Shown: positions 22,916-35,480, counted from the first letter of the stretch. The stretch is 64,000 bases of DNA from Macrostomum hystrix (GCA_950097015.1 CATNEN010000024.1:496001-560000), one strand, 5' to 3'. Numbers and translations: made by a program. Notes: generated by a model from the sequence alone, not told the origin.

Positions 22916-23602
22916 CTCTCTTTCTTCTATCCCAGGCTGGCTGGAGAGAAATATCGACCGGAGAGCCCTGCGCACTGGGACGCCACCGCACTGACCGCAC
23001 TCAGTCTCAGTGCTGCTTGGGGGCCAGTAGACAGTCTAGGGGTTTGGGCTGTGTACATTCACGTCTTAAAATACAATGTACAGTCTGGGGCTTCGGCGCC
23101 CGGGGAAGGGAGGGGGTGGCTGTAATAAAATTTGGCCCGCAGAGTGGCGGAGGGGAGTTGGGGTGGCTGTCCTCGGAAAACAAAAAGTGACTCACTTTGA
23201 GATGATGCAGCTTTGCTCTGGATTGAGTAGAGATGTTCAAAATTGACAGCATTGTTGGAAAACATGTAAAGTGTAAGTGGATCAAATTTGGAGAAAATCT
23301 GACAAAGTGGGGCGACGATATGTCGAATTGAGTGATTTTTTTACTATTTTTGAGCAGTTTTTTGCACTTTTGAGCAGGAAGGAAATGATTTTTCGGGAAT
23401 TTGAGTAGCCTATTGCACTCAGCGTAGGTGGTTTTAGGTATGTGCAAAGTTTGGTGCAATTTGGTTGAGCGGTTTCGGCGTCTATAAAGACAAAAGGTTG
23501 CACACACACACACACACACACACACAGACAGACAGACAGACAGAGTTTTCACTTTTATATATATAGATAATATATGTTTCTTGTTTTCCATCCTTGTGCC
23601 AG

Positions 23603-23659
23603 ATGATTGTATCTAGCGCTCTGGCTCTCTGGTATGCCAACACTCAACTGCAGCGAATG
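23603..23659 (+). CDS. CD20/MS4A-like gene exon 2 (MIVSSALALWYANTQLQRM)
   Basis: Pyrimidine tract + CAG acceptor, GTGAGT donor, 57 nt, phase 0/0; completes TM2. Confidence 0.75.
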
Positions 23660-23682
23660 GTGAGTTCGGTTAAACGATGCTT

Positions 23683-24318
23683 TGGTATTATTCTGCTTTG
23701 GGATTGTCATGCTTTGCTATTGTCATGCTTTGCTATTGTCATGCTTTGGGATTGTCATGCTTTGGGATTGTCATGCTTTGGGATTGTCATGCTTTGGGAT
23801 TGTCATGCTTTGGGATTGTCATGCTTTGGTATTGTCATGCTTTGGGATTGTCATGCTTTGGTATTATTCTGCTTTGGGATTGTCATGCTTTGGGATTGTC
23901 ATGCTTTGGGATTGTCATGCTTTGGGATTGTCATGCTTTGGGATTGTCATGCTTTGGGATTGTCATGCTTTGGGATTGTCATGCTTTGGGATTGTCATGC
24001 TTTGGGATTGTCATGCTCTGCTATTGTCATGCTTTGGGATTGTCATGCTTTGGGATTGTCATGCTTTGGGATTGTCATGCTTTGGTATTATTCTGCTTTG
24101 GGATTGTCATGCTTTGGGATTGTCATGCTTTGGGATTGTCATGCTTTGGGATTGTCATGCTTTGGGATTGTCATGCTTTGGGATTGTCATGCTTTGGGAT
24201 TGTCATGCTTTGGGATTGTCATGCTTTGGGATTGTCATGCTCTGCTATTGTCATGCTTTGGGATTGTCATGCTTTGCTATTGTCATGCTTTGGGATTGTC
24301 ATGCTTTGGGATTGTCAA
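23683..24318. repeat. 16-bp minisatellite (TTTGGGATTGTCATGC)
   Basis: Tandem; intronic. Confidence 0.95.
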
Positions 24319-24349
24319 GTTTGAGAACTTATTTTATGAATATTTTTGG

Positions 24350-25218
24350 AAGTTAACTTTATGGGATTGTAAAGTTTGGGGAAGTTAACTTTATGGGATT
24401 GTGAGTTTAGGGAAGTTAACTTTATGGGATTGTAAGTTTGGGGAAGTTAACTTTATGGGATTGTGAGTTTGGGGAAGTTAACTTTATGGGATTGTGAGTT
24501 TGGGGAAGTTAACTTTATGGGATTGTAAGTTTGGGGAAGTTATTTATGGGATTGTAAGTTTGGGGAAGTTAACTTTATGGGATTGTGAGCTTGGGGAAGT
24601 TAACTTTATGGGATTGTAAGTTTGGGGAAGTTAACTTTATGGGATTGTAAGTTTGGGGAAGTTAACTTTATGGGATTGTGAGTTTGGGGAAGTTAACTTC
24701 ATGGGATTGTAAGTTTGGGGAAGTTAACTTTATGGGATTGTAAGTTTGGGGAAGTTATTTATGGGATTGTAAGTTTGGGGAAGTTAACTTTATGGGATTG
24801 TAAGTTTGGGGAAGTTAACTTTATGGGATTGTAAGTTTGGGGAAGTTATTTATGGGATTGTAAGTTTGGGGAAGTTAACTTTATGGGATTGTGAGTTTGG
24901 GGAAGTTAACTTTATGGGATTGTGAGTTTGGGGAAGTTATTTATGGGATTGTAAGTTTGGGGAAGTTAACTTTATGGGATTGTAAAGTTTGGGGAAGTTA
25001 ACTTTATGGGATTGTGAGTTTGGGGAAGTTAACTTTATGGGATTGTGAGTTTGGGGAAGTTAACTTTATGGGATTGTGAGTTTGGGGAAGTTAACTTTAT
25101 GGGATTGTGAGTTTGGGGAAGTTAACTTTATGGGATTGTGAGTTTGGGGAAGTTAACTTTATGGGATTGTGAGTTTGGGGAAGTTAACTTTATGGGATTG
25201 TAAGTTTGGGGAAGTTAA
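24350..25218. repeat. 31-bp G-rich minisatellite (TTTATGGGATTGTAAGTTTGGGGAAGTTAAC)
   Basis: Period 31; intronic. Confidence 0.95.
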
Positions 25219-25433
25219 TTTTTAGGTATTATGAGGCTAGGGAAGGCTGAGTTTTGTTATGATAATTATTGCGATTGTAAAGTTGGTGGATTGGATGTCT
25301 GTGTAATGCGAAATGTCTAGACTCTAGACTGTGGAATTTCGCAATCAGTTTAAAATATCGGCCTTCCATATTAACACCCCTGACACAGCTGAGAGTCTAC
25401 AGAGTCTACTCGTTAATCAACCTGATTATGCAG

Positions 25434-25769
25434 TCAGTCGGCTGCCTATTGTTGGTGGTAGCCTGGATTGTACTCTCGCAGCCGGCCTCTCAGCCTCCGC
25501 CGCCAGCGTTGTCGTCGGAGACAAACCTTTCGCCTACCCAATCGCCGCTGCTAGCTGCTCACGCTTCGCAGCAGCAGCAACGGGCTCTACTAGCCCTGTG
25601 CTCAATGGTGCTCACAGCTAGTTGGCTGCTAGTGTTGGCCTGCGTCTCCTGCGATTGGTGCGTCGGCAAGAATCTGCTCCAGGTGTTGGGAATATTTTTT
25701 CGCACAGTATTCCGGCGATCACAGCGCGACTCATTCTCTGAGCTTAAGCGGAGCACGAATTCCTTGAAT
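25434..25769 (+). CDS. CD20/MS4A-like gene exon 3 (TM3/TM4)
   Basis: CAG acceptor, two hydrophobic segments, GTGAGT donor at 25770, phase 0/0; the exact acceptor is uncertain. Confidence 0.7.
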
Positions 25770-26209
25770 GTGAGTAGCTATATTTGAAATCGCAAATCTC
25801 AATTAAACAAAAATTAACTTATAATCTAAGCCGTGTCTATCTCAACAAACACACTTTCCGATTCTTTCCAGTCGATTCACATGGACTCAGTAAGTTTACG
25901 ATTTGATTTGGTTAAAATAATCAATTTTTATTGCTCAATACATTAACTGCTTCGACAGTTTTTTTCGAGCGTGGGTTCTGTGTTTTTCTTGGCACGCTGG
26001 TGCGAATTCTGCCAATTTCTGTCTATTATAGTCTTGATAAACTACATGCACAAACATAGTTGTAGGCACAATTGAAGTGCCAAAAAAATCTTTTACATTG
26101 GATAGAGATTTCTGATGTTTTCAAATTAAACTGGGTGTTTAATTGATGTGGATGGGCAAAATGATATGTATTGCGGGCCAACAGGGAGTATAAGAAACGA
26201 TGTTGATTG

Positions 26210-26680
26210 ACACGGGAGAGATAAGTCACGGGAGAGATGAGACACGGGAGAGTTGAGACACGGGAGAGTTGAGACACGGGAGAGATGAGACACGGGAGAG
26301 TTGAGACACGGGAGAGATGAGACACGGGAGAGTTGAGACACGGGAGAGTTGAGGCACGGGAGAGATGAGACACGGGAGAGTTGAGACACGGGAGAGTTGA
26401 GACACGGGAGAGTTAAGGCACGGGAGAGTTGAGGCACGGGAGAGTTGAGGCACGGGAGAGTTGAGACACGGGAGAGTTAAGGCACGGGAGAGTTGAGGCA
26501 CGGGAGAGTTGAGGCACGGGAGAGTTGAGACACGGGAGAGTTGAGGCACGGGAGAGTTGAGGCACGGGAGAGTTGAGACACGGGAGAGTTGAGACACGGG
26601 AGAGATGAGGCACGGGAGAGATGAGGCACGGGAGAGTTCGGACAGTGGAGAGTTCGGACAGTGGAGAGTTTGGACAGTGG
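26210..26680. repeat. 16-bp minisatellite (CACGGGAGAGTTGAGA)
   Basis: Tandem; intronic. Confidence 0.95.
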
Positions 26681-27837
26681 ATATTTTAGGGCATAAATTC
26701 AGTACTGCATAGAAGTAATCAAATGATAACATACAAGGGGCAACCAATGTGACTAGTGTTATTGTCATGATAATCTTTGATAAGGCCGCTTTAGAAAATC
26801 CGATTGTTACTATCTGAAAGTTAAACGTTTTTCTTCCACCGTCTTAAAATGACTAACTAGCTCAACTGTTTAGATAAAACTATGTTTAGCGGCAAACTTT
26901 CATTGGCAATCATAACATCATAACAGGTGATTAATCGACAACTGTATCATCATCAGCAGCAGCAGCATCCGCAACAATATTCACAACAGCAGTAGCAATA
27001 GTTTTCTGTAAACTAGAGCATTCAGTTTATGAAAAAAATGATATTTAAAAAAATCTCCACTTATATTAAGTTTGAATGAGTCTTCCCAGTAATAAATGTA
27101 TTTATTATCTTCATTCATAATTATCCTGGCCTCTGAATCATCGTCAATAACTAAGCCTATATCTAGCGGACTAGCAGACAAATACAAAAAAATTCTGCGA
27201 TTTCACAAAATCGAAAGTCTTCAACTGAGTTGAGAACAAGGTAATTGATCAGAAGCTATCAGTCTAGTGCTGTGTAAAGTTTGTTGTTGCTTTCGGTGGG
27301 CCTGAAATTATCTTTGTTTAAACTAAATATTTACTTATTCATTTAGTTTGAACTAGGCTAAAGAGGTTATAGAATTTTCACACGCTTATTAAATGCATGT
27401 TGTTATTTATTCAATATTACTATTTACTAATCACATATTCCATCTGCTAAATAACCCTAGCCTTGTTGGTTTTCTTTGCATCGCTTTTCCTACAAATTTT
27501 CCTATTATTCAATCAGCATGTATATTGGCTGTATCGGAAACTCGTGCTTTTCTACTCGTCAGTAGCGTGTTGTGAATTAAATTAGTAAGAATTATTGACG
27601 ACTGTAAGATATTGGGCAAGATAGCAAGACATAAAAAATCGACCTAGAATATATTTATTGCTTATCAATTAATATCCGTCCTTGTTGCAAATGAATGAAT
27701 AGTTTAGCCAAGCATAGAGAAATTTTCATATTTTCTCTGACCTAAATGTCAGTTTTAATAAAAACTCCGCTTTAGATCAGTTTATGATTAGAAAGGTTCT
27801 TGGATTTAGGTCAGTTAAGGATCAGAAAGGTGTTACA

Positions 27838-28058
27838 ATTTAGGCTAGTTTATGTTATGCTGAATTGGGTTTAGGCTAGTTTATGTTATGCTGAATTGGG
27901 TTTAGGCTAGTTTAATGTTATTCTGAATTGGGTTTAGGCTAGTTTAATGTTATTCTGAATTGGGTTTAGGCTAGTTTAATGTTATTCTGAATTGGGTTTA
28001 GGCTAGTTTATTGTTATGGTGAATTGGGTTTAGGCTAGGTTATGTTATGCTGAATTTG
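27838..28058. repeat. 31/32-bp minisatellite (TTTAGGCTAGTTTATGTTATGCTGAATTGGG) x~7
   Basis: Tandem; intronic. Confidence 0.93.
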
Positions 28059-28204
28059 GCATATAATGGACATATTTAAAATTGGTTGCCACTAAAGCAG
28101 TCTGTTTTTTATTTACATTTAACTAGACATAGTTGTTGTCGATCTTTAACTAATTAATTTGAGTCACACACAGAGACACATATGAACTAACTGGCCTTAT
28201 TCAG

Positions 28205-28516
28205 GTAGCACCTCGTAAGCGATCGCCGCATCGCACTGTGCCCTCCCCTGCGACCGTCGTCGCAGCTTCCTCATCGTCCCCAGCCGCCGCTGCAGCATCG
28301 CCGACTGGTCGAATGAGCGCGGCTAGGCGGCCATCACTGCTGGAGACCACCTGGCAGCTGCAGATGCCGCAGGTTGGCCCGCAGCGCGCCGCTGTCGGCT
28401 TCGTTCGGGCCAGCAACGCGGACGATGACTCGATTAGCCGAGAGATGGACTTTGGCAGCGAAGCTGACGAGCATTTGACCGGTTTGCTGGCTAGGCACAG
28501 GGCTGGTCTGGCCTAG
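28205..28516 (+). CDS. CD20/MS4A-like gene terminal exon 4 (cytoplasmic tail)
   Basis: TTCAG acceptor, phase 0, GC-rich open frame VAPRKRSPH...RAGLA*. Confidence 0.65.
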   Translation, partial: VAPRKRSPHRTVPSPATVVAASSSSPAAAAASPTGRMSAARRPSLLETTWQLQMPQVGPQRAAVGFVRASNADDDSISREMDFGSEADEHLTGLLARHRAGLA

Positions 28517-28719
28517 CCCTGCCGAGTGTGGAATTCCGTGCAGATAAATATACCATGCTTTCAATAATAATGCTGATGCTTTAATTACATGAATTGATCT
28601 GGGAGATTTTTATCGGTTTAAATATCCCATGGATTGAGGATTCTTTTTTTACTCAGATTTCCCATGGATACAGGAATAATAATGTATAAATATTCTATTG
28701 TTTGGGTTTTAGTGTCGCT

Positions 28720-29545
28720 TAAATATCCCATAGATTGAGGATTTTGGTCCTAAAATATCCCATAGATTGTGAATTTTTGTCCGTACAATATCCCATTGAT
28801 TGAGGATTTTGTCGGTTAAATATCCCATTCATTAAGGATTTTTGTCGGTAAAATATCCCATTGATTGAGGATCTTTGTCGGTAAAATATCCCATTGATTG
28901 AGGATTTTTGTCGGTAAAATATCCCATTGATTGAGCATTTTTGTCGGCAAAATATCCCATTGATTGAGGATTTTTGTCGGTAAAATATCCCATAGATCGA
29001 AGGTTTAGTCGGTAAAATATCCCAAATATTGAAGGCTTTGTCGGTAAAATATCCCAAAAATTAAAGGCTTTGTCGGTGAAATATCCCAAAGATTAAAGGC
29101 TTTGTCGGTAAAATATCCTGCAAATATTGAAGGCTTTGTCGGTGAAATATCCCAAAGATTAAAGGCTTTGTCGGTAAAATATCCCATATATTTAAGGCTT
29201 AGTCGGTAAAATATCCCATTGATTGAGGATTTTTGTCGGTAAAATATCCCAAAAATTGAAAGCTTTGTCCGTAAAATATCCCATTGATTGAGGTTTTTTG
29301 TCGGTAAAATATCCCAAATATTAAAGGTTTTTTCGGTAAAATATCCCAAAAATTGAAGGCTTTGTAGGTAAAATATTTCATATACTGAAGGCTTTGTCGG
29401 TGAAATATCCCAAAATTGAAAGCTCTGTAGGTAAAATATCCCATAGATTGAAGGCTTTGTCGGTGAAATATCCCATAGATTGAAGGCTTTGTCGGTGAAA
29501 TATCCCATAGATTGAAGGCTTTGTCGGTGAAATATCCCATAGATT
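28720..29545. repeat. 32/33-bp minisatellite (AAATATCCCATTGATTGAGGATTTTTGTCGGTA)
   Basis: Tandem, diverged copies. Confidence 0.93.
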
Positions 29546-30031
29546 GGAGATTTGAGGATCACATGCTAATTTTGATAGTCTATGTGTTCTTCTCAATTAT
29601 TTTTCGTTTGCTTTTACATGTCAAGTTGTGTAGGCTTTGAGTTTCTTTTTTATTTTTATTAGCCTGAGTGAGTAATATATTATAAATCCCCCTAAACATT
29701 TCGTGCCGCGGATTCGAGTACGAGTTAATTTGCTCTATTTGATTTGCTATTCGATATTTTACCCATTGGCTTTGCTAAAGTACACCTAATTATTAATCGA
29801 TACATATTTCTGCTTTCTCTCGCCGCATAATAGCTATTATTGTCAATAGACTTGCATGACATTTTTGTTCGTCTAATCTAATATTTTCAGATTAGAATAA
29901 AAAATAAAAAATGTAATTTTTTATGAGGATTCAGTATATTTATTTCTGATAACTTTTCGATACTATATATTAGTACCCTCTGGCTTGTACTTGCATGCAT
30001 TGTAAAACCATTAGTTTGCTTAACCTGCTAT

Positions 30032-30350
30032 TACAGGTAGAGGTTGTAGCCTAGTGGTTAGGGCGTCGGACTAACGACTTGAAGGTCGGGGGTTCGAATC
30101 CCGACTCCACTGAAACAATTTGTGTCCTTTAGCAAGACACTTAACTCTGCATTGCTTCAGTTCACCCAGCTGTTAAATGGGTACCAGCATCAGCTGGGAT
30201 AATTGAAGGTGGGTGTGGCGTCCCCCCAGTCCATGGACTGAACAGCTGTACGCAGCCTTCAGATGCGCCGCGCAATAGCTGCGGTTGTGCTGTCGGCTGC
30301 ACATCTGGCTCGATTAGGGCAGGTGTAATCAATTATTATTATTATTATTA
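30032..30350 (+). mobile_element. tRNA-derived SINE family A with CORE-like domain, full length
   Basis: A box TAGCCTAGTGG, B box GGTTCGAATCC, CORE-like TGTGTCCTTTAGCAAGACACTTAAC...CAGTT...CTGTTAAATGGG, (ATT)n tail, 12-bp TSD TTAACCTGCTAT. Confidence 0.9.
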
Positions 30351-30944
30351 TTAACCTGCTATGCTAAAATAAAAATAGCTTTTCTTGAATTTTTACCTCC
30401 GACGTGTCTGCTTGGACAAGGTCTATCCAATAATCTCTATTTGCGACGCACCTATTTTTTTATCTCTAGCTGTCGCCTTTTTATGTTTAAACCGCTTAGC
30501 TTTGCATATGCGTTATTTTTTACATTTTTCTTTAGAACTTTCTGTCTCTCTGCTTTGTTAAAAGCTCGCATTCTTTTTGCATGCCTATTTTTGCATGACC
30601 GTCCTATACAGGATATTTCAGATTGCTTTTTTAATGTGGGAAATTCAGTACTAACTGTTAGTACTATTTAGAAAGTGCTTTATCAACCTTGCTTCCTTGT
30701 GCTTTTTTATAGTTAACTTTTCTTGGCTTTCACACGTAGAAAAAGGAAAATTTTGTCTGCATGGACACAAAATGTCTGATGCTTGTCTGAGGTTAACTGT
30801 ACGCAAAATGTCGACAAGATATTCTATAAACTTCCGGTACTTAAGTTAAGAGATTTTTCCCACTAAATAAGATACATTTTCGGCGAAATTGTCAATGAAT
30901 ATTTAGTTCTTAAGTTGGTAAATTGTCTATAATAAGGTCAGTAA

Positions 30945-33050
30945 ACTATCGGTACTAAAGTCGATAAATTGTCGGTACTAAAGTCGATAAATTATCGGTA
31001 CTAAAGTCGATAAATTGTCGGTACTAAAGTCAATGAATTGTCGGTACTTACGTCGATGAATTGTCCGTAATCAAGTCGATAAATTGTCGGTGCTAAAAAA
31101 TATAAATCAAAGGTGCTTAAGTCGATGAATTGTCGGTATTAAAGTCGATAAATTGTCGGTACTAAAGTCGATCAATTGTCGGTACTTAAGTCGATAAATT
31201 GTCGGTACTTACTCGTAAGTCGATAAATTGTCGGTACTTAAGTCGATAAATTGTCGGTACTAAAGTCGATAAATTGTCGGTACTAAAGTCAATAAATTGT
31301 CGGTACTAAAGTCTTTGAATTGTCGGTGATAAAGTCGATGAATTGTCGGTACTTAAGTCGATGAATTGTCGGTACTTTAAGTCGATAAATTGTCGGTACT
31401 AAAGTCGATCAATTGTCCGTAATCAAGTCGATAAATTGTCGGTACTAGTGTCGTTAAATTGTCGGTGCTAAAGTCGATAAATTGTCGGTACTAAAGTCTT
31501 TGAATTGTCGGTGATAAAGTCGATGAATTTTCGGTACTTAAGTCGATGAATTGTCGGTACTTAAGTCAATGAATTGTCGGTACTTAAGTCTTTGAATTGT
31601 CGGTACTTAAGTCTTTGAATTGTCGGTACTAAAGTCGATGAATTGTCGGTACTAAAGTCGATAAATTGTCGGTACTAAAGTCGATAAATTGTCGGTGATA
31701 AAGTCGATGAATTGTCGGTACTTAAGTCGATGAATTGTCGGTACTTAAGTCGATGAATTGTCGGTACTAAAGTCGATCAATTGTCCGTAATCAAGTCGAT
31801 AAATTGTCGGTACTAAAGTCAATAAATTGTCGGTACTAAAGTCAATAAATTGTCGGTACTAAAGTCAATAAATTGTCGGTACTAAAGTCAATAAATTGTC
31901 GGTACTAGTGTCGTTGAATTGTCGGTGCTAAAGTCGATAAATCAAAGGTGCTTAAGTCGATAAATTGTCCGTATATAAGTCAATGAATTGTCGGTACTTA
32001 AGTCGATGAATTATCGGTACTTAAGTCGATGAATTGTCGGTACTTAAGTCTATGAATTGTCGGTACTTAAGTCTATGAATTGTCGGTACTTAAGTCTATG
32101 AATTGTCGGTACTTAAGTCTTTGAATTGTCGGTACTTAAGTCTTTGAATTGTCGGTACTTAAGTCTATGAATTGTCGGTACTTAAGTCTATGAATTGTCG
32201 GTACTTAAGTCTATGAATTGTCGGTACTTAAGTCAATGAATTGTCGGTACTTAAGTCGATGAATTGTCGGTACTTAAGTCAATGAATTGTCGGTACTTAA
32301 GTCAATGAATTGTCGGTACTTAAGTCTTTGAATTGTCGGTACTTAAGTCTTTGAATTGTCGGTGATAAAGTCTATGAATTGTCGGTACTTAAGTCGATAA
32401 ATTGTCGGTACTAAAGTCGATCAATTGTCCGTAATCAAGTCAATAAATTGTCGGTACTAATGTCGTTGAATTGTCGGTGCTAAAGTCGATAAATCAAAGG
32501 TGCTTAAGTCGATAAATTGTCCGTATATAAGTCAATGAATTGTCGGTACTTACCGAAAGTACCGACAAGTCGATAAATTGTCGGTACTAAAGTCGATAAA
32601 TTGTCGGTGATAAAGTCGATGAATTGTCGGTACTTAAGTCGATGAATTGTCGGTACTTAAGTCGATGAATTGTCGGTACTAAAGTCGATCAATTGTCCGT
32701 AATCAAGTCGATAAATTGTCGGTACTAAAGTCAATAAATTGTCGGTACTAAAGTCAATAAATTGTCGGTACTAAAGTCAATAAATTGTCGGTACTAGTGT
32801 CGTTGAATTGTCGGTGCTAAAGTCGATAAATCAAAGGTGCTTAAGTCGATAAATTGTCCGTATATAAGTCAATGAATTGTCGGTACTTAAGTCGATGAAT
32901 TATCGGTACTTAAGTCGATGAATTGTCGGTACTTAAGTCGATGAATTGTCGGTACTTAAGTCGATGAATTGTCGGTACTTAAGTCGATGAATTGTCGGTA
33001 CTTAAGTCGATAAATTATTGGTACTTAGTCGATACATTGTTGGTACCAAA
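30945..33050. repeat. 23-bp satellite (AAAGTCGATAAATTGTCGGTACT) with higher-order block duplications
   Basis: Period 23; ~31690-32030 is repeated at ~32600-32920. Confidence 0.96.
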
Positions 33051-33459
33051 ATCGATAAATTATCTGCGCTTTAGTCAAAAAATTGTTGCTATTATTGATG
33101 ATGCAATCGAGCAACTGTCGAAAATTGAGTCTGGAAATTTTATATGACCGTCCGTATTGCGTCGGCTAACTGTGTTAGCGTTTGCCATTGTGCCTCAATG
33201 TGTAATATTCACAACAGTTAACTATCATTTACGAGTATCTGTTCACACCATTTTGTGCTTATTAACTAAGACACGTCTGTCTTTTACAAGTAAAGTTCTA
33301 CGATTTCGTGAAGAATATATATTATATTTATTTGCTTTGCTTGCTGTTTGGCAGTTTCAAAAACTCCAATGTGTTTCGGTTCTGCTAAAATCTTACTGAT
33401 TTGATTTTAGTACCGCCTTGGTTTAGCTTAAAATTTTCCTTGTTCGGGTACCTGATATC

Positions 33460-33680
33460 TGTTTAGGTATCCGTTTCGTAATTTATGTATCCGTTTCCTA
33501 ATTTAGGTATCCGTTTCCTAATTTACGTATCCGTTTCCTAATTTAGGTATCCGTTTTGTAATTTAGGTAGCCGTTACCTAATTTAGGTATCCGTTACCTA
33601 ATTTACGTATCCGTTTCCTAATTTAGGTATCCCTTTCCTAGTTCCTGTTTACGATTTCTAGTTTAGGTGTCCGTTTCCTC
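33460..33680. repeat. 20-bp minisatellite (TAATTTAGGTATCCGTTTCC)
   Basis: Tandem. Confidence 0.9.
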
Positions 33681-34994
33681 TAAATGAAAGGCCGTACGTA
33701 TATTTCACTGGCCATATTTTAGGCAAGCCAACGAACTGAAGACATATAATTGTAATGTCATATAATGTTATTTATTATATAATCGTAGCTCGATATGTTA
33801 TGAGTTTAACAGTGCAATCTGCTTTCCTGACATCAAATGGACTGCAAACAATATACGAGCATTAACCTCGTATTAAGCAAAAGAATCTAATTTATTGAAA
33901 CTCATTAAGCAGCTCAGAATTACAATGGACGATAGTAACGCATAACGGGAACATGTTTGCAATTGACCTGAATAGGTATGAAATAATTGATAGATTTGTA
34001 CAAAACATATTCTGGACTTCATTGAAAATAACAGGTTTACATGCATTGATATAGGTCTGTTTAATAAGCTCAGAGTGACAGCAAAATGTCACTCTTTATT
34101 TTTTTAATTTTCTTGACGGCTAGTGGTGAGCATTCTTAAATAAATTCCGTTGGATTTGTTCACTATATTTGTAACTTCTTTGATAATTCGTTAAAAGTAT
34201 AATCGCAATGATAAAATTAATTAACTTTTGAAGTTAAATTGAGTAATGATAAATTGATAAGAAAATAATTAGTTAAGGTTGTTAAAAAGTAACGATAGAT
34301 AATCATAATTCTAATAATAAGTAGCGATATCTGTTTATTAGTAATAAAAAGTAATGATTATTGTTCCTAATAAAATGAAGTAACGAACATCAATAACAAT
34401 AAAAAGTACAGATTGACGTTAATTAAATAAATAATTTTTTTCTACTTTTTACCTTCTTCAAGCAAAGTTATTCTTTAAAGAAGAAGAGATTTTTCTGAGC
34501 CTAAAACGGTCTTAAAAAGTAACGCACCACCGCTTACTAGCGACAATGATCATGTAAAGTCGACAAAACGACAAGCAAACCAAGATAAATTATGCTCCAT
34601 TAAATAGGTTAAACAAGCCTTGAGTTAAGGCATTGTACAACAACTCTGTATAAAACTTGTCAAAAATGTAACTGCTGTCTTTCTTTCTTGAAAATTATTG
34701 AATATTGTGAAAGTCGAAGAAATTTCTTCTAGTATTCTGCGGAGAATTGGTAGTTAACTCCGCTAGTCCTGTGCTGGGCAGGTAGAATGCGGCAAAGTCT
34801 TCCGTTCGCTGAGTCCTCAGACCAGAATATTGGCCAGACTCTGCGACGCCATGGGGCGCAATGAAACTGTGGTAGTTGCTGTGCACTGCAAGCCAGCCAA
34901 TGTTTGTGTGTTTCACATGCTGTAGATACAACTAACAGTAGGATTGTTCATATAATGCGTCTTTGACGTGCTTGCATTATCCATTTAGTCCTCT

Positions 34995-35480
34995 GCAGTG
35001 TGTCCTCTACCCCCTGAGTTATCCATTGTGTCCTCTACCCCCCTGAGTTATTCATTGTGTCCTCTACCCCCCTGAGTTATCCTGTGTGTCATCTACCCCC
35101 CTGAGTTATCCTGTGTGTCATCTACCCCCCTGAGTTATCCAGTGTGTCCTCTACCCCCCTGAGATATCCAGTGTGTCCTCTACCCCCCTGAGTTATCCTG
35201 TGTGTCATCTACCCCCCTGAGTTATCCAGTGTGTCCTCTACCCCCCTGAGATATCCAGTGTGTCCTCTACCCCCCCTGAGTTATCCATTGTGTCCTCTAC
35301 CCCTTGATTTATCGTGTGTCCTCTTACCCCTTAAGTAATCCAATGTGTCTTCTACCCCCCTGAAGTGTCCGTTGCGTCCTCTACCCCCTGAACTGTCCGT
35401 TGCATCCTCTACCCCCTGAGTTATCCATTTGGTCCGCTATCCCTGAACTTTCTATTGTGTCCTCTACCCCTCTGAAGTGT
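34995..35480. repeat. ~29-bp minisatellite (CTACCCCCCTGAGTTATCCAGTGTGTCCT) just 3' of the Dmrt stop codon
   Basis: Tandem with C5-7 runs. Confidence 0.92.

Larger units (their letters stand above)
21282..23567 (-). mobile_element. Non-autonomous Helitron, copy 2
   Basis: Same TC...hairpin-CTAG termini and A|T site; near-identical to copy 1 with a longer (CA)n. Confidence 0.93.

Noticed and set aside
23007-23591. 194-aa and 146-aa ORFs in the Helitron 5' regions
   Set aside because: No domain signature, they run through (CA)n, and starts differ between copies; this is non-coding element sequence.
23594-24388. Cys/Trp-rich 215-264 aa ORFs
   Set aside because: Produced by the 16-bp repeat; only the 57-nt exon 23603-23659 is supported.
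24350-25218. G-rich array as an interstitial telomere
   Set aside because: The 31-bp unit has no TTAGGG/TTAGG repeats.
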